Of a stretch of 64,000 bases of DNA, positions 38,209 to 50,044 are shown one piece after another (positions within the stretch are counted from its first letter, which is position 1; every line of letters begins with the position of its first letter). The notes under the pieces are model-generated. The model searched no databases, had not been told where the DNA came from, and was given only the letters and a program-made list of their open reading frames with translations. The translations under genes and the position numbers were made by a program. Source of the stretch: an uncultured Parabacteroides sp. (GTDB lineage: Bacteria; Bacteroidota; Bacteroidia; Bacteroidales; Tannerellaceae); the NCBI GenBank assembly GCA_949295065.1, contig CASFJQ010000010.1:4233-68232 (forward strand). The letters are read 5' to 3'.

Positions 38209-40425
38209 TTAATGTATAAACATTACTTTAACCCCATCTTGCAGATTCTTAAATTTCAAATAATATGTATGAGAAGTTTCGTCCCATTCAATTGTTATAT
38301 TCTTTTGCTTTTTACCTTTCTTGTTTAATATCCAAACATCTTTTGCTTTAGCCGGAGAATAAATTCTCAGCACAGAATTTGTATATAATGGTCCTTTTGC
38401 TATAAAAGAGTAAGAATCTTCAGCCCATATTTCATCGTATATTCGTGACGACGAAGCTATTACTTTTGCCTTGTTGCTATTTTTCAACACTGACAAATCA
38501 TATAGGAAAGCTTGATCGCCAGGATAAACTTTTGCTTTTTCGACGATTGGCAGATTTGATGAAAACAAATCGATATAAAGACCGGAAGTTTCATAGGCGG
38601 CAGAATCCGGAGATTCGTCCATTACAGAGATTATTTTATATGCGCCTCTCTGTATGTCAATATAATTCTTTACATTCAAATGTTCATTTGCTGCTTCTTG
38701 AAATAAAGAATCAACAGTATTTACAAGAGACAAATCTGCACCTTTTGATTTAACAAAATCTTCAGGATTCGACCTTATTACACATATTTTGCCTTTCCCG
38801 AAAGTATATGTACCTTCATCAGCGCATTCAGGCACATTCATAAGGCTAAACAAATGATCTGCCGGATGTTTCCAGTTGTTTCCGTTGCTGTTCCACCATT
38901 CCGTTATTCCTTGGAAAGGATCATTATCTTTAGAAACATAAACTAATACTCCACCGTTTCTAACCCAGTCGGCAATGTTGTAATGCGCCTTTTCGTCGAG
39001 AGGTTTCATATTCGAATATGTCATTAAAAGCAACTTGGTATTATCCCATATTTTCGGTGATGACAGATTCTCGATATGAATAGTATTAACCGGAATTCCT
39101 CTCTTTATGAATGGCATTGTAAGACCAAAGAAGTTGGATAATTCCTTATCCAAATATCCGTCAATTGGTTCGTCTGAACATTGATACATGATTGAATTGG
39201 AAGTCAGGACACTTATTCCATCAGTTCCGGAAATAACATTGTCCGAAGCAGGCATATTGCTCAACGACTGAACCATAATTTGCATTTGAGCAGAAAAATA
39301 TTCAGGCACATGACTTTTTCTGTCCACCATTTTTCCCGCTTTATACTCTCCTTCATATATACGCTCCGGCCATTGCATGACAATGTAGTTGTCAACCTTC
39401 GGATAAAAAAGTTGGGCAGCAAAAATAGCTTCATAATTTCTGAGATATTCTTCCCAGTCACGAGGCCAGTCCTCCAACGGATCAGTCAAGAAGAAGAGCT
39501 TTCTGTTTGTTGGCGAAGCCATTGACTCAAGCAGTCCATATTCCAGATAAGCAGTTTCGAAAATTCGTTCTTTCAATTCTCCATTGTAATAGTTCGGCAA
39601 GCGCGCAGTTCCGGCCCAGACTTGTCCAACATAGCCGTCAACATTGGCTAATGTTCCAAGACTAGCTTCCGGACTAACAATTTGCCATTGAGCATAATTA
39701 AGCAGTGAGTGAGTAGTGACGAAGCATTTCACATCCAAGCCTCTGCTTTTCCCATATTTTTTTGCAAAGGCATTACATTCATCTATCGCATTATAAAACA
39801 AATGATGCTTCAGTTTATTAGACAAATATAGATTTTCTGCCGACAAATGCTGTGGGCGCCATTCAAATCCATAATACTTTTCCCATTCCGATTTGAAAGC
39901 ATCACTATATCCGGCAAAAGCCCAGAATTCAGGCTCAGCCAAATAAAGAACATCTATTCCCACATCAATCATTCTTTTGATTTTATATAGTTTGATATAA
40001 TCAAGGAATGATTCTGTAGGGACAATATATGGAACATTATCGTGATGCCAGCAAGTATCACCTTTCAGAGTTTTCTGTCCTTCGTCATAATGAGGCGTTC
40101 CGTCCCAGTTTCCGGAAATATAATCAGCATATTCTCCCCAAGAAATTCCCGTCATAAAATGGGTCTGATATCCATTATTTCTCCATGAGCGGACTCTCTC
40201 CTCAAATGTAGCTTCTCCATCGCCGAAATCCAAATAGTCCTGAGTTTTCATTCCATAAATAATGGCTATATCGGAACGGATGTCAAGCTCAGGCTTCCAT
40301 GGCGAAGCAGTTTGTATTGCTGTCTTTTCAACTCTTTCACCTTCAGTTTCATTGGTTCCCAGAGGATGACACGAGGCAAGCAGCATTAAAGAGAGAGAAT
40401 ATAAATATATAATTCTATTTTGCAT
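38209..40425 (-). CDS. Hypothetical lipoprotein, possible glycoside hydrolase-like fold
   Basis: Lipobox LASC; Trp/Tyr-rich; LAEPEFW, FLTDPLED, and LLLMTY/WVRNGGVLV (glutamine-amidotransferase-like accessory domain pattern). Confidence 0.6.
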   Translation of the reverse strand: MQNRIIYLYSLSLMLLASCHPLGTNETEGERVEKTAIQTASPWKPELDIRSDIAIIYGMKTQDYLDFGDGEATFEERVRSWRNNGYQTHFMTGISWGEYADYISGNWDGTPHYDEGQKTLKGDTCWHHDNVPYIVPTESFLDYIKLYKIKRMIDVGIDVLYLAEPEFWAFAGYSDAFKSEWEKYYGFEWRPQHLSAENLYLSNKLKHHLFYNAIDECNAFAKKYGKSRGLDVKCFVTTHSLLNYAQWQIVSPEASLGTLANVDGYVGQVWAGTARLPNYYNGELKERIFETAYLEYGLLESMASPTNRKLFFLTDPLEDWPRDWEEYLRNYEAIFAAQLFYPKVDNYIVMQWPERIYEGEYKAGKMVDRKSHVPEYFSAQMQIMVQSLSNMPASDNVISGTDGISVLTSNSIMYQCSDEPIDGYLDKELSNFFGLTMPFIKRGIPVNTIHIENLSSPKIWDNTKLLLMTYSNMKPLDEKAHYNIADWVRNGGVLVYVSKDNDPFQGITEWWNSNGNNWKHPADHLFSLMNVPECADEGTYTFGKGKICVIRSNPEDFVKSKGADLSLVNTVDSLFQEAANEHLNVKNYIDIQRGAYKIISVMDESPDSAAYETSGLYIDLFSSNLPIVEKAKVYPGDQAFLYDLSVLKNSNKAKVIASSSRIYDEIWAEDSYSFIAKGPLYTNSVLRIYSPAKAKDVWILNKKGKKQKNITIEWDETSHTYYLKFKNLQDGVKVMFIH

Positions 40426-40430
40426 AAAAA

Positions 40431-41276
40431 TCAGAAATTGCTTTTTGACAAATACTTTTCAGCTAAATTATATCCTTCGTAGTATAAATCTTTCATTTTG
40501 GAAACATTCTTCTCCGTCCTTCCTACTTTTAAAGGAGTTTCAGGTCTGATGACAATGACTTTTCCTTCTTCTTCCAAAGCATCTATAAAGTCCAATATCT
40601 CATTATAATGATAATATCTTTTCTTAAGTCTTTCTCTGATTTGCGGATAGCGTTTATATATGAACCAAGGCAGATAAAAATCCTTTTCCTCTTTTCTATA
40701 GCCTTTGTTTCTGGTCAGAACAATAACATTCTTGCTGTAGCCATCACTTATAGCTTTCTTAATCGGAATTGGATCGCACACTCCGCCATCGACCATTGGG
40801 ATATTGTCAACGTATGTTATCGGGCACATCACAGGCAATGAGCATGAGGCTTTGCATATTTCTACTAATCGTGAGAAATCTTCTTTCTCCTCATAATAGT
40901 TTGCAGTTCCTGTAATGCAATTACTTGTAACAATGACAAAGCGCATTTTATTATTCTTGTATGTCTCAAAGTCAAACGGGAAATATTTGTCCGGATATTC
41001 ATAGAAGATAAAATCCAAATCTATATATCCGTGACCTTTGAGCATATGTTTCAGTCCAATATAGTCGCGTTTGGTTGGCAATTCCACATTACTGAAATAT
41101 GATCTTCCTCTTTGACGTGAAATATATGATATGCCATTACTGGCACCGGCAGAAACACCTATTGTGTATGGAAACCATATTTGGTTATCCATCATATAAT
41201 CCAGCACACCGGCTGTGAAAACACCACGCATTCCACCGCCTTCCAAGACTAATCCTGTATTTTCATCTATAACCAT
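40431..41276 (-). CDS. Patatin-like phospholipase family protein
   Basis: EGGGMRG, GVSAG, DGG motifs. Confidence 0.9.
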   Translation of the reverse strand: MVIDENTGLVLEGGGMRGVFTAGVLDYMMDNQIWFPYTIGVSAGASNGISYISRQRGRSYFSNVELPTKRDYIGLKHMLKGHGYIDLDFIFYEYPDKYFPFDFETYKNNKMRFVIVTSNCITGTANYYEEKEDFSRLVEICKASCSLPVMCPITYVDNIPMVDGGVCDPIPIKKAISDGYSKNVIVLTRNKGYRKEEKDFYLPWFIYKRYPQIRERLKKRYYHYNEILDFIDALEEEGKVIVIRPETPLKVGRTEKNVSKMKDLYYEGYNLAEKYLSKSNF

Positions 41277-41304
41277 AACAACACAAATATCATATATACA
41301 ATAT

Positions 41305-41363
41305 AAAATATCCTATGTTTTTCAGGAAATATCTTATGTAGCCTGAAAAACATAGGATATTTT
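41305..41363 (-). terminator. 22-bp perfect inverted repeat downstream of nhaA
   Basis: AAAATATCCTATGTTTTTCAGG ... CCTGAAAAACATAGGATATTTT. Confidence 0.7.
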
Positions 41364-41425
41364 CTTATCCAAATGCTATAAACCAAATCCCATAAGGAAT
41401 TTGATTGCACAAATATACGGAATAT

Positions 41426-42799
41426 TTATTCAGACAAATCTTCTGTTTGCTCAACCGGATTTGTCAGGTATTTTCTCAAAGCAAAATAGCCAATCAAGCC
41501 TGAAGCAAATGAACCTGAAAATACACCTAGCTTAGCCTGGTTCAACAAATCCAATCCTTCGGGAGTGGTTGCATCGAAAGACAAGTTAGCGATAAATAAT
41601 GCCACTGTGAAACCAATGCCACCCAAAGCAGAAACTGCAAAAAGATTTTTGATATTCATTCCTTTCGGCATTGAAATTAAGCCACTTTTGATTGATATAT
41701 AAGAAAAAGAGAATATACCCAAAGTTTTTCCAACAACCAATCCCAAGAAAACTGCCAACGGAACATTTATTATTGAGGATGGATTTATATCTCCGAAAGT
41801 TACACCTGCATTTACAAATGCGAACAATGGCAATATAACATAACTTACGAATGGATGAAGTTTGTCTGTTATTGTTTGTAACGGACTGATTGTGTGATTT
41901 GCCAGCGTATGAATATTGTTAAGCACATGAATCTGTCTTGAATTAAGCACAGTTGCTTTGTTTGAGCACTTAGCTTCTGATGCGTCAAGCATTTCCAAAT
42001 ATTCACCCATATCTCTTCTGAAACAGTCAAGATGAAGCTTAGGACGAGCTGGCACTGTAAATGCTACCAACACTCCCGCTATTGTAGGATGAATGCCAGA
42101 TTCCAGGAACAGCATCCACACACAAAATCCTAATACATAATAAAACAATCTGTTATATATTTTCATCTTGCCACCAAGATACAAAACCAATAACAGGACT
42201 AATGATATCAACAACGGCTGGAAAGCTATTTCGCCGCTATAGAAAAGGGCAATAATTATAATACCGCCAATATCGTCAACAACAGCCAAAGCCGTCAAGA
42301 AAATACGAAGGCTCAGTGGCACTTTGTTTCCTAATAAGCCCAAAACCGCCAATGCAAATGCAATGTCCGTTGCCATTGGTATAGCAGCTCCGGATGCAGC
42401 ACTTCCTGAAGGACAAACCAAAAGGTAGAAAAGCACAGGAATAACCATACCACCACAAGCAGCAATGATAGGAAGCAAAGCCTTTCTGAACGAGCACAAC
42501 TCTCCTATCAATACTTCCTGTTTGATTTCCAGACCGATAGTAAAAAAGAAAACAGCCATAAGCGCATCATTGACAAATGCCAACAATGTCATAGGCTCAC
42601 CATGATGAGCAAAAAAGCTAAAGTTTCCTGCTTGAAGGTCAATTGGATGAAGCAAGAATTGCTGATATCTGTCAGCAAATGGAGAGTTTGCTAACAACAT
42701 AGCTAAAATTGTAGCTACGAACAATAATAAACTAGCGTTTGGTTTTTGCACTGCAAAACGACGCAACGGTTTTAGAATTACATGAAAAGTCTTCTCCAT
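41426..42799 (-). CDS. nhaA: Na+/H+ antiporter NhaA
   Basis: NDALMAVFF, GLEIK, PMATDIAF, LAVVDDIG, GIGFT. Confidence 0.95.
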   Translation of the reverse strand: MEKTFHVILKPLRRFAVQKPNASLLLFVATILAMLLANSPFADRYQQFLLHPIDLQAGNFSFFAHHGEPMTLLAFVNDALMAVFFFTIGLEIKQEVLIGELCSFRKALLPIIAACGGMVIPVLFYLLVCPSGSAASGAAIPMATDIAFALAVLGLLGNKVPLSLRIFLTALAVVDDIGGIIIIALFYSGEIAFQPLLISLVLLLVLYLGGKMKIYNRLFYYVLGFCVWMLFLESGIHPTIAGVLVAFTVPARPKLHLDCFRRDMGEYLEMLDASEAKCSNKATVLNSRQIHVLNNIHTLANHTISPLQTITDKLHPFVSYVILPLFAFVNAGVTFGDINPSSIINVPLAVFLGLVVGKTLGIFSFSYISIKSGLISMPKGMNIKNLFAVSALGGIGFTVALFIANLSFDATTPEGLDLLNQAKLGVFSGSFASGLIGYFALRKYLTNPVEQTEDLSE

Positions 42800-42846
42800 A
42801 AATTGGATTTAAAGTTTAAATTTCTGCCTAATATTATTTATCTCAA

Positions 42847-43452
42847 TTATTCTTTTAAATATGCTGTTTCAACCTTAAGTAATTTGCTTTTAAGACGCTC
42901 CACTTCACTTTTCCTTATCCGCAAAGTCATCTCACAATCCATGTCGAACTTTTGTGAAATGATTGCAGGAGAATCATCCTTGATAACTTTCATTATTCCA
43001 TTCATGAATGGATATTCAAACGCTACAGTTATATCAACATCTACAGTACATTCTTCAATTTTAGCAGCAGCTATTGCTTCTGCTGCAGCAGTTCTGTATG
43101 CAACAATAAGCCCGCTAGTGCCAAGTTCAATACCTCCAAAATATCTGATTACTATTACAAGAATATCTGTCAGCTCGTTGGAATTAATCTGGCCCAGTAT
43201 TGGCTTTCCGGCTGTTGACGATGGTTCACCGTCATCATTAGCTCTGAAAGTTTTGCGGTCAGCACCAAGCATATATGCCCAGCATACATGACGCGCGTCA
43301 TAATATTCTTTTTTATATTTAGCAATATATTCCTTTACTTCTTCAACCGACTTTACAGGTATTGCATAAGATATGAAACGGCTGCGCTTCTCTGTATAGT
43401 ATCCTTCAGAAATTGAGAATATAGTACGATATGTATCTTTTTCGGTCATCAT
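42847..43452 (-). CDS. YigZ/IMPACT family protein
   Basis: EKRSRFI, DARHVCWA, DDGEPSSTAG, RYFGGIELG. Confidence 0.92.
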   Translation of the reverse strand: MMTEKDTYRTIFSISEGYYTEKRSRFISYAIPVKSVEEVKEYIAKYKKEYYDARHVCWAYMLGADRKTFRANDDGEPSSTAGKPILGQINSNELTDILVIVIRYFGGIELGTSGLIVAYRTAAAEAIAAAKIEECTVDVDITVAFEYPFMNGIMKVIKDDSPAIISQKFDMDCEMTLRIRKSEVERLKSKLLKVETAYLKE

Positions 43453-46307
43453 TTTTTGTTTGCGATATTGTTTTCAAGTTCCTTCTTCAAGAATGGAGCT
43501 GTATATCCTATTCCTGAGTTTGCCAAATCTTCGGGAGTTCCGGTAAACAGCACCTCGCCGCCTCGCCTTCCTCCTTCCGGTCCCATATCTATCAGATAAT
43601 CGGCATATTTTATAACATCAAGATTATGCTCGATTACAACAACTGTGTTCCCTTTGTCAACCAACTTATTCAGAACACCCAGGAGAACGCGAATATCCTC
43701 GAAATGCAATCCTGTGGTTGGCTCGTCCAGAATATAAAGAGTTTTGCCAGTGTCTTTCTTCGACAGTTCAGTGGCAAGTTTCACCCTCTGGCTTTCTCCT
43801 CCGGACAATGTTGTGGATGGTTGTCCCAACTTGATATATCCCAAGCCAACATCTTGCAAAACTTTGATTTTGGATAGAATCTGCGGAACATTCTCGAAAA
43901 AGTCTACTGCAATATTTATCGTCATATCCAATATATCAGCAATAGATTTTCCTTTATATCTTACTTCCAGAGTTTCCCTGTTGTATCGCTTGCCATGGCA
44001 ATCCTCACAAGGAACAAGAACATCCGGCAGGAAATTCATCTCTATTGTCTTGTATCCATTACCTTTACAAGTCTCACAACGGCCACCGGAAACATTAAAT
44101 GAAAATCTTCCCGGCTTATATCCTCTCATTTTGGATTCCGGAAGCTCAACAAATAAATTCCTTATATCCGAAAACACCCCGATATATGTTGCAGGATTAC
44201 TTCTTGGCGTGCGGCCAATCGGCGACTGGTCCACATTGACTATCTTGTCTATATTCTCAATGCCTTCTATTGAATCATAAGGCAGAGGATCTTCCAAAGA
44301 TTTGTAGAAGTGCTGACTTAATATAGGCTGTAAAGTTCTGTTTATCAGTGTTGACTTTCCGCTTCCGGAAACACCTGTCACACAAATGAAAGTTCCGAGA
44401 GGAAAAGATACATCAACATTCTTCAGATTATTTCCCCTTGCTCCTTTTATTTCCAGTTTCAGCCCATTTCCTTTTCTCCTTTGTTCCGGAATGCCGATTG
44501 TTGTTTTGCCATTCAGGAATGAAGAAGTCATAGTGTCAGCTTCCAGCATTTTCTGAGGAGTTCCGGCAAACACAACTTCGCCACCGAGTCTTCCGGCTCT
44601 CGGTCCCAAATCAACGATATAATCAGACTCGAGCATCATATCTTTGTCATGTTCAACAACGATGACTGAGTTTCCTGTATCTCGCAGCTGTTTAAGAGAA
44701 TGTATCAGCCTTACATTATCACGTTGATGCAAACCGATACTTGGCTCGTCCAATATATATAAAACATTGACCAACTGGCTGCCAATCTGCGTGGCAAGTC
44801 TGATTCGCTGACTTTCTCCGCCGGAAAGAGTTGCTGAAGCTCTGTTCAACGACAGATAATCCAGTCCCACATCCAACAGGAATTTCAGGCGGGAGCGGAT
44901 TTCCTTAAGTATTTCAAAGGCAATAGTCTTCTGTCTGTCATCCAGTTTGTTTTCAATATCAGATAACCATTCATACAGTTCCGATATATCCATTGCAGAT
45001 AAATCAGCAATATTCTTGCCACATATATAATAATGTAAAGCCTCCTTATTCAAGCGTTTTCCCTGGCATTCCGGGCAAACTGTCATTTTAACAAATTGAC
45101 CTGCCCATTTCTGTGCCGAGGCAGAAGCATCTGCTTCCTGCTGCATTTGTATATATTTGGCAACTCCTTCATATGAAAGGAAATAGTTCGATGTTCCGAT
45201 TGACTCATTTTTTATCTGGAGACGCTCGTCTGTTCCATTCATAATCTCGTCGATAGCTTCCTCCGGAATATCACTGATAGGAGTTTTCAGCGTGACGCCA
45301 TATTTCGTGCATATAGCTTCAATCTGCCAGAAAATCAAGGAATTTTTATACTTGCCTAATGCAGTTATTCCTCCGGAATATATACTGAGAGAAGGATCCG
45401 GAACAATCTTTTCCATATCCAGAAGATTTAGCTGTCCGAGACCTTTACACTTCAAACAAGCACCGTGAGGAGAATTAAAGGAGAAATTATGAGGAGCCGG
45501 CTCGCTGTATGACAAACCGGTTATCGGATCCATCAATGTCTTACTGAAATGTCTGATTTCATTCGTATCAGCATTCAAAACCATAACAAGACCATTTCCC
45601 TGCCTCATTGCAAGCGACAGACTGTCCTTCAGTCGTGCTTCATCATTCTTGGAAATGATCATCTTATCGATAACGACCTCGATACTATGGTTCTTGTAAC
45701 GGTCGAGCTTCATTCCGTAAAGGACTTCCCTCATTTCTCCGTCAACACGGACATTCAGATATCCTTTCTTTCTGATTTGCTCGAATAATTCTTTGTAATG
45801 ACCTTTTCTGTTCCTCACCAGTGGAGCCAGCAAATATGTTTTCTTGCCTTCATACTTATCCAATATCAGTTCAAGAATCTGGTCTTCTGTATATTTCACC
45901 ATCTTCTCCCCGTTGATATAAGAATGGGCCTCGCCTATTCGGGCAAACAAAAGTCTGAGGAAGTCATATATTTCGGTTGTAGTACCGACAGTAGAACGCG
46001 GATTTTTGTTAGTGGTTTTCTGTTCTATTGATATAACAGGACTCAAGCCTGTTATTTTATCAACATCAGGTCGTTCCATGTTTCCCAGAAAGTTTCTAGC
46101 ATAAGCAGAGAAAGTTTCAACATAGCGACGCTGCCCTTCAGCAAATATTGTATCAAAAGCCAATGAGGACTTTCCGCTTCCACTCATGCCCGTTATCACG
46201 GTTAAAGAATTTCGGGGAATTTCCACATCGATATTTTTCAAATTATGCACACGGGCTCCATAAACAGAAATTTTTCCGTGTTCTACTGCCTGTTTGTCTA
46301 TTGCCAT
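43449..46307 (-). CDS. uvrA: Excinuclease ABC subunit A
   Basis: Two Walker A motifs ([16 protein letters not shown]), two LSGGE signatures, zinc fingers, LDEPSIGLH and LDEPTTGLH. Confidence 0.98.
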   Translation of the reverse strand: MAIDKQAVEHGKISVYGARVHNLKNIDVEIPRNSLTVITGMSGSGKSSLAFDTIFAEGQRRYVETFSAYARNFLGNMERPDVDKITGLSPVISIEQKTTNKNPRSTVGTTTEIYDFLRLLFARIGEAHSYINGEKMVKYTEDQILELILDKYEGKKTYLLAPLVRNRKGHYKELFEQIRKKGYLNVRVDGEMREVLYGMKLDRYKNHSIEVVIDKMIISKNDEARLKDSLSLAMRQGNGLVMVLNADTNEIRHFSKTLMDPITGLSYSEPAPHNFSFNSPHGACLKCKGLGQLNLLDMEKIVPDPSLSIYSGGITALGKYKNSLIFWQIEAICTKYGVTLKTPISDIPEEAIDEIMNGTDERLQIKNESIGTSNYFLSYEGVAKYIQMQQEADASASAQKWAGQFVKMTVCPECQGKRLNKEALHYYICGKNIADLSAMDISELYEWLSDIENKLDDRQKTIAFEILKEIRSRLKFLLDVGLDYLSLNRASATLSGGESQRIRLATQIGSQLVNVLYILDEPSIGLHQRDNVRLIHSLKQLRDTGNSVIVVEHDKDMMLESDYIVDLGPRAGRLGGEVVFAGTPQKMLEADTMTSSFLNGKTTIGIPEQRRKGNGLKLEIKGARGNNLKNVDVSFPLGTFICVTGVSGSGKSTLINRTLQPILSQHFYKSLEDPLPYDSIEGIENIDKIVNVDQSPIGRTPRSNPATYIGVFSDIRNLFVELPESKMRGYKPGRFSFNVSGGRCETCKGNGYKTIEMNFLPDVLVPCEDCHGKRYNRETLEVRYKGKSIADILDMTINIAVDFFENVPQILSKIKVLQDVGLGYIKLGQPSTTLSGGESQRVKLATELSKKDTGKTLYILDEPTTGLHFEDIRVLLGVLNKLVDKGNTVVVIEHNLDVIKYADYLIDMGPEGGRRGGEVLFTGTPEDLANSGIGYTAPFLKKELENNIANKK

Positions 46308-46346
46308 TTAAATATAACAAGTTTCTAAAACGAGTGTAAAGATACA

Positions 46347-46376
46347 AAAAACCTGTAATTCTGAAAACAGGTTTTT
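46347..46376 (-). terminator. Short terminator hairpin after the lytic transglycosylase gene
   Basis: AAAAACCTG ... CAGGTTTTT. Confidence 0.5.
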
Positions 46377-46381
46377 AATAT

Positions 46382-47356
46382 TTACTCGGCTACAACCCAA
46401 GCCGGATTATGAACGTATGTATTTGCCGTATTGTAATACATATCTGCCTTTGACGGAATCATCAGCTTGTATGTTTTCCCTTGTGTTACAAGCTTCCTGT
46501 CCCTGAGCCATGGATTGAAGCGTTTCAAATCGGCATACGTGATATTATGGCTGACAGCAAAATCTGCCAGACTCTGGATGTCTCCTTTTACTTCCACAGC
46601 CTCACAAGCAATTGGCTTGTACAAATCTGAAGCCTTTAGAACAAATCCGTACTTATAAGGATTCTCAAAGATTTGTTTTATTGCCATAATCCTGTACACA
46701 TATCTTGTTGTTTCTTCTACAAGCCACAAGTCAAAATAATTGTCGGCTTTTTGTTTTACCAGTTCGCCGGAAATTCTACCCATTCCACCATTATATGAAG
46801 CAGCAACAGACGGCCAGTTTCCATACTTTTCATATGCGTCTTTCAAATATTTGCAAGCAGCTTCAGTCGCCTTTTCCACATTGCAGCGTTCGTCAACTGT
46901 CGGCGTGATGTTCAAGCCATATTCCCTTCCTGTTGCTTCCAATATCTGCCACATTCCGACAGCCTTTGCTCGGGATTGGATTCTTGGGTCCAAATTGCTC
47001 TCTATCACAGCAAGATACTTGAAGTCATCAGGAATTCCGTTCTTCTTCAATATCGGTTCAATAACAGGAAAATATCTGTTTGCCCTTTTTATCAACAACA
47101 TTGTCGTTGAATGGAAATAAGTAAAAGAGCTTAATTCCCTGTCAAGAGATTCGTGCATATTATAGCGGGTCAAGTCAATTTCTTCTCCGCAGAAAGCCAA
47201 TTTTGAAGGAACTTCAGGAGTTACTGTCATCGACAAGACGTGAGGTTTCATTTCCTTTGCACGAATGGAATCATCCGACCCCAAAGTAATACATGCAGTC
47301 AGTCCAAGTCCGGCAACACAAATAACTCCTAAAAATATATTCTTATAATTTTTCAT
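46382..47356 (-). CDS. Lytic transglycosylase (SLT domain, MltD-like)
   Basis: PDDFKYLAVIES, AVGMWQ, AASYNGG, ETTRYV, NPWLR. Confidence 0.9.
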   Translation of the reverse strand: MKNYKNIFLGVICVAGLGLTACITLGSDDSIRAKEMKPHVLSMTVTPEVPSKLAFCGEEIDLTRYNMHESLDRELSSFTYFHSTTMLLIKRANRYFPVIEPILKKNGIPDDFKYLAVIESNLDPRIQSRAKAVGMWQILEATGREYGLNITPTVDERCNVEKATEAACKYLKDAYEKYGNWPSVAASYNGGMGRISGELVKQKADNYFDLWLVEETTRYVYRIMAIKQIFENPYKYGFVLKASDLYKPIACEAVEVKGDIQSLADFAVSHNITYADLKRFNPWLRDRKLVTQGKTYKLMIPSKADMYYNTANTYVHNPAWVVAE

Positions 47357-48177
47357 TTCTGAAATACTTTAGTTTTCAAAACTATGACATCTTTCAATGG
47401 TCTGTCGTTTTTATCTGTTTCAACCAATGACATTTTCTCCACAATATCAAAGCCTTCAACTACTTCGCCAAATATTGTTACAGAGCCATCAAGATGAGGT
47501 GTACCTCCAATTGTCTTATACACTTCTCTGTGTTCAGCAGGAATAGTAACTGCAGGAATCTTTGACAAAGAGTCTTCCAGCAATATTGTAGCCTCAATAT
47601 GCAAATCTTCTTCCTTATCCGGAGAAGACAATTCTGGATTCTTAGCCTTTAGCTCATTGCGAATCTTATAATACAACCAGTTTCTTCTGATTTGGTTGAT
47701 TCGAGTTTCCATCGCGTCAAGTTCTTCATCTTTCCATACTTTTCCCTGGACAAAGCAGAACTGTGTTCCGGCAGAAGCTCTTTCCGGATTGACATCGTCT
47801 CCTTCTTTTGCGTCAATCAATGCCCCACGTTTATTAAAATATTTAGGCAATATCTCGGCAGGAACTGTATATCCGCCACCGTCCTCGCCATACAGCACTC
47901 CAGGTTCCTGAGCTTTGCTGGTCGGGTCACCACCCTGAACCACAAATTCTTTTATTATGCGATGGAACAACACACCCTCATACGCATTCTCCTTACAGAG
48001 TTTTATGAAATTATCTCTGTGCAATGGTGTATCGTCATACAGCATAACAGTTACATCACCCATAGTTGTAGAAATCTCAACATAAACAGGTTTTCCTTTT
48101 TCCAATGGTTTTTCTCCACATGACACCAACAGGAATAGGGAGAATAAACATAACAGCAAAGTTCCTTTTATTTTCAT
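47353..48177 (-). CDS. Cyclophilin-type peptidyl-prolyl isomerase lipoprotein
   Basis: Lipobox LVSC; TPLHRDNF, FHRII, QGGDP, GGTPHLDG..TIFGEV. Confidence 0.9.
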   Translation of the reverse strand: MKIKGTLLLCLFSLFLLVSCGEKPLEKGKPVYVEISTTMGDVTVMLYDDTPLHRDNFIKLCKENAYEGVLFHRIIKEFVVQGGDPTSKAQEPGVLYGEDGGGYTVPAEILPKYFNKRGALIDAKEGDDVNPERASAGTQFCFVQGKVWKDEELDAMETRINQIRRNWLYYKIRNELKAKNPELSSPDKEEDLHIEATILLEDSLSKIPAVTIPAEHREVYKTIGGTPHLDGSVTIFGEVVEGFDIVEKMSLVETDKNDRPLKDVIVLKTKVFQK

Positions 48178-48196
48178 AACTATTCTTTATTGAAAA

Positions 48197-50035
48197 TTAT
48201 TTATCCTTTTTTATAAGCATATGGCAATTTTTACAATCAAACTCCAACAGCAAACGTGTATCCTTATAAAGCAAATAATATGGTTCTTTATACGGCGATT
48301 TTCCTTTTTGCCTTACCGGACACCAGCCCATGCTGTAGCGCAGGCAATGTTTGGTAAACATCAAAGGAACATCATCCACTTGCACCTTTTCAAATGCAGG
48401 TGAAATTTTCTCCACGCCTCGTTCCGCATAAAACTTATACGACTTGTCATTTGCCACATTTCCAAGATATGTCAACGAGCGTTGAGGGAATTGCGGCTTA
48501 GCCTGATAATTACTCACCTTCACCAGCTCACGTCTGTATCTGGTTCTGCGGTTCAATATCAACTTCTCAATGGCTTCCCTGCGCATATCTGAAAGAAGTG
48601 AAGACGGCACAAACCACATTTCCGACAGATTCACATCAACTTTAGCCACAGAAAACGGAGTATTTCCTAATTTCGACAACTGAGTGCGAATATTTTCGGT
48701 CTGCTCCCGTTTTGCTGTTTCCTTATTGAAATCACAGTAAATTATTACACGAGCACCACTTTCATCTTCCACAGACAAAGAAAAACCATTCTGGCAGTCA
48801 GCAAACGACATAACAACAGGAATCTTCCTTTCCGCCGTCTGTCTTGCCATAGTCTTTTCAAACGCCTGGTCGAAATTTCTGTATAAAGCCGTTTTCGGGC
48901 GAAGTCTTGCCGGCATTTCCTGAGGAAAAACCCTGTTGGCATCAACCTTATTCACTCTGAAGCCTTCCAATTCTCCGTTGGCATTGAAAAATATAAGTCC
49001 GTCACCGTTGTTCAGAGTTTTTGTCCCGGCAACAGTAAAACTGTTACCCTTCATTTCCTTTACATGACCGACAAATTCCCCAAGAGACTTAGGTGTGTCA
49101 AAAGCTGTTATGTCCGCACTTCTTCCTTTCAGGAAAAAAGGAGTAAAACCACGGTTGAAGCTCTTTGCCACATCTGGTTCAAAGTCAAAGGTGCATTTTC
49201 CATCCGACGCTCTCACATATTCCGGACGGCGTTTGAATATTTCATCAAGCTTCTTTCTGTAATAAGCTGTTACATTCTTTACATAAGATATATCTTTCAG
49301 GCGGCCTTCAATTTTCAGCGACGAAGCACCCGCATCCAACAAGTCTTCCAGATATTCCGAACGGTTCATATCCTTCAGCGACAAAAGATGCTTGTTCTGC
49401 ATAATGACCTTGCCATCAGAGTCTATCAATGTATAAGGCAGACGGCAATATTGAGCGCAAGCTCCTCTGTTCGCGCTTCTTCCGCTCAAAGCCTCACTCA
49501 AATAACATTGGCCGCTATAGCTCACACACAGAGCACCATGAATAAAGACCTCCAACGAAACATTTGTTGAATCTTTTATTTTCTTTATTTCTTCCAAAGA
49601 CAATTCCCTGGCTAAAACAACTTGTGTAAAGCCTGCTGATTCAAGAAATCTGACCTTTTCCACAGTCCTGTTATCCGTCTGAGTGCTGGCATGCAAAGGT
49701 ATCGGAGGCAAGTCCAATTGTGTTATACCCATATCCTGCACAATCAGAGCGTCAACTCCGGCATCATAAAGCTTCCATATCATATCACGGGCTTCGTCCA
49801 GCTCATTGTCGTAAAGAATTGTATTCAGTGCGACATAAATCCGGGCTCCATACAAATGAGCATAATCGCATAACGACTTTATGTCATCCACCGTATTGCC
49901 CGCAGCAGCACGCGCACCAAACTTGGGCGCACCGATATATACAGCATCCGCGCCATGATTTATAGCCTCAATGCCGCAAGCCAAATCCTTAGCCGGCGAT
50001 AACAGTTCTATTTTCCTTTTTATCAATTTTGCCAC
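48197..50035 (-). CDS. U32 family protein with DUF3656 (RlhA-like 23S rRNA hydroxylase)
   Basis: ELLSPA, GADAVYIG, LHASTQ, HGALCVSYSGQC, NRGACAQYCR, LKIEGR; GTG start. Confidence 0.85.
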   Translation of the reverse strand: MAKLIKRKIELLSPAKDLACGIEAINHGADAVYIGAPKFGARAAAGNTVDDIKSLCDYAHLYGARIYVALNTILYDNELDEARDMIWKLYDAGVDALIVQDMGITQLDLPPIPLHASTQTDNRTVEKVRFLESAGFTQVVLARELSLEEIKKIKDSTNVSLEVFIHGALCVSYSGQCYLSEALSGRSANRGACAQYCRLPYTLIDSDGKVIMQNKHLLSLKDMNRSEYLEDLLDAGASSLKIEGRLKDISYVKNVTAYYRKKLDEIFKRRPEYVRASDGKCTFDFEPDVAKSFNRGFTPFFLKGRSADITAFDTPKSLGEFVGHVKEMKGNSFTVAGTKTLNNGDGLIFFNANGELEGFRVNKVDANRVFPQEMPARLRPKTALYRNFDQAFEKTMARQTAERKIPVVMSFADCQNGFSLSVEDESGARVIIYCDFNKETAKREQTENIRTQLSKLGNTPFSVAKVDVNLSEMWFVPSSLLSDMRREAIEKLILNRRTRYRRELVKVSNYQAKPQFPQRSLTYLGNVANDKSYKFYAERGVEKISPAFEKVQVDDVPLMFTKHCLRYSMGWCPVRQKGKSPYKEPYYLLYKDTRLLLEFDCKNCHMLIKKDK

Positions 50036-50044
50036 AAAAGTCCT

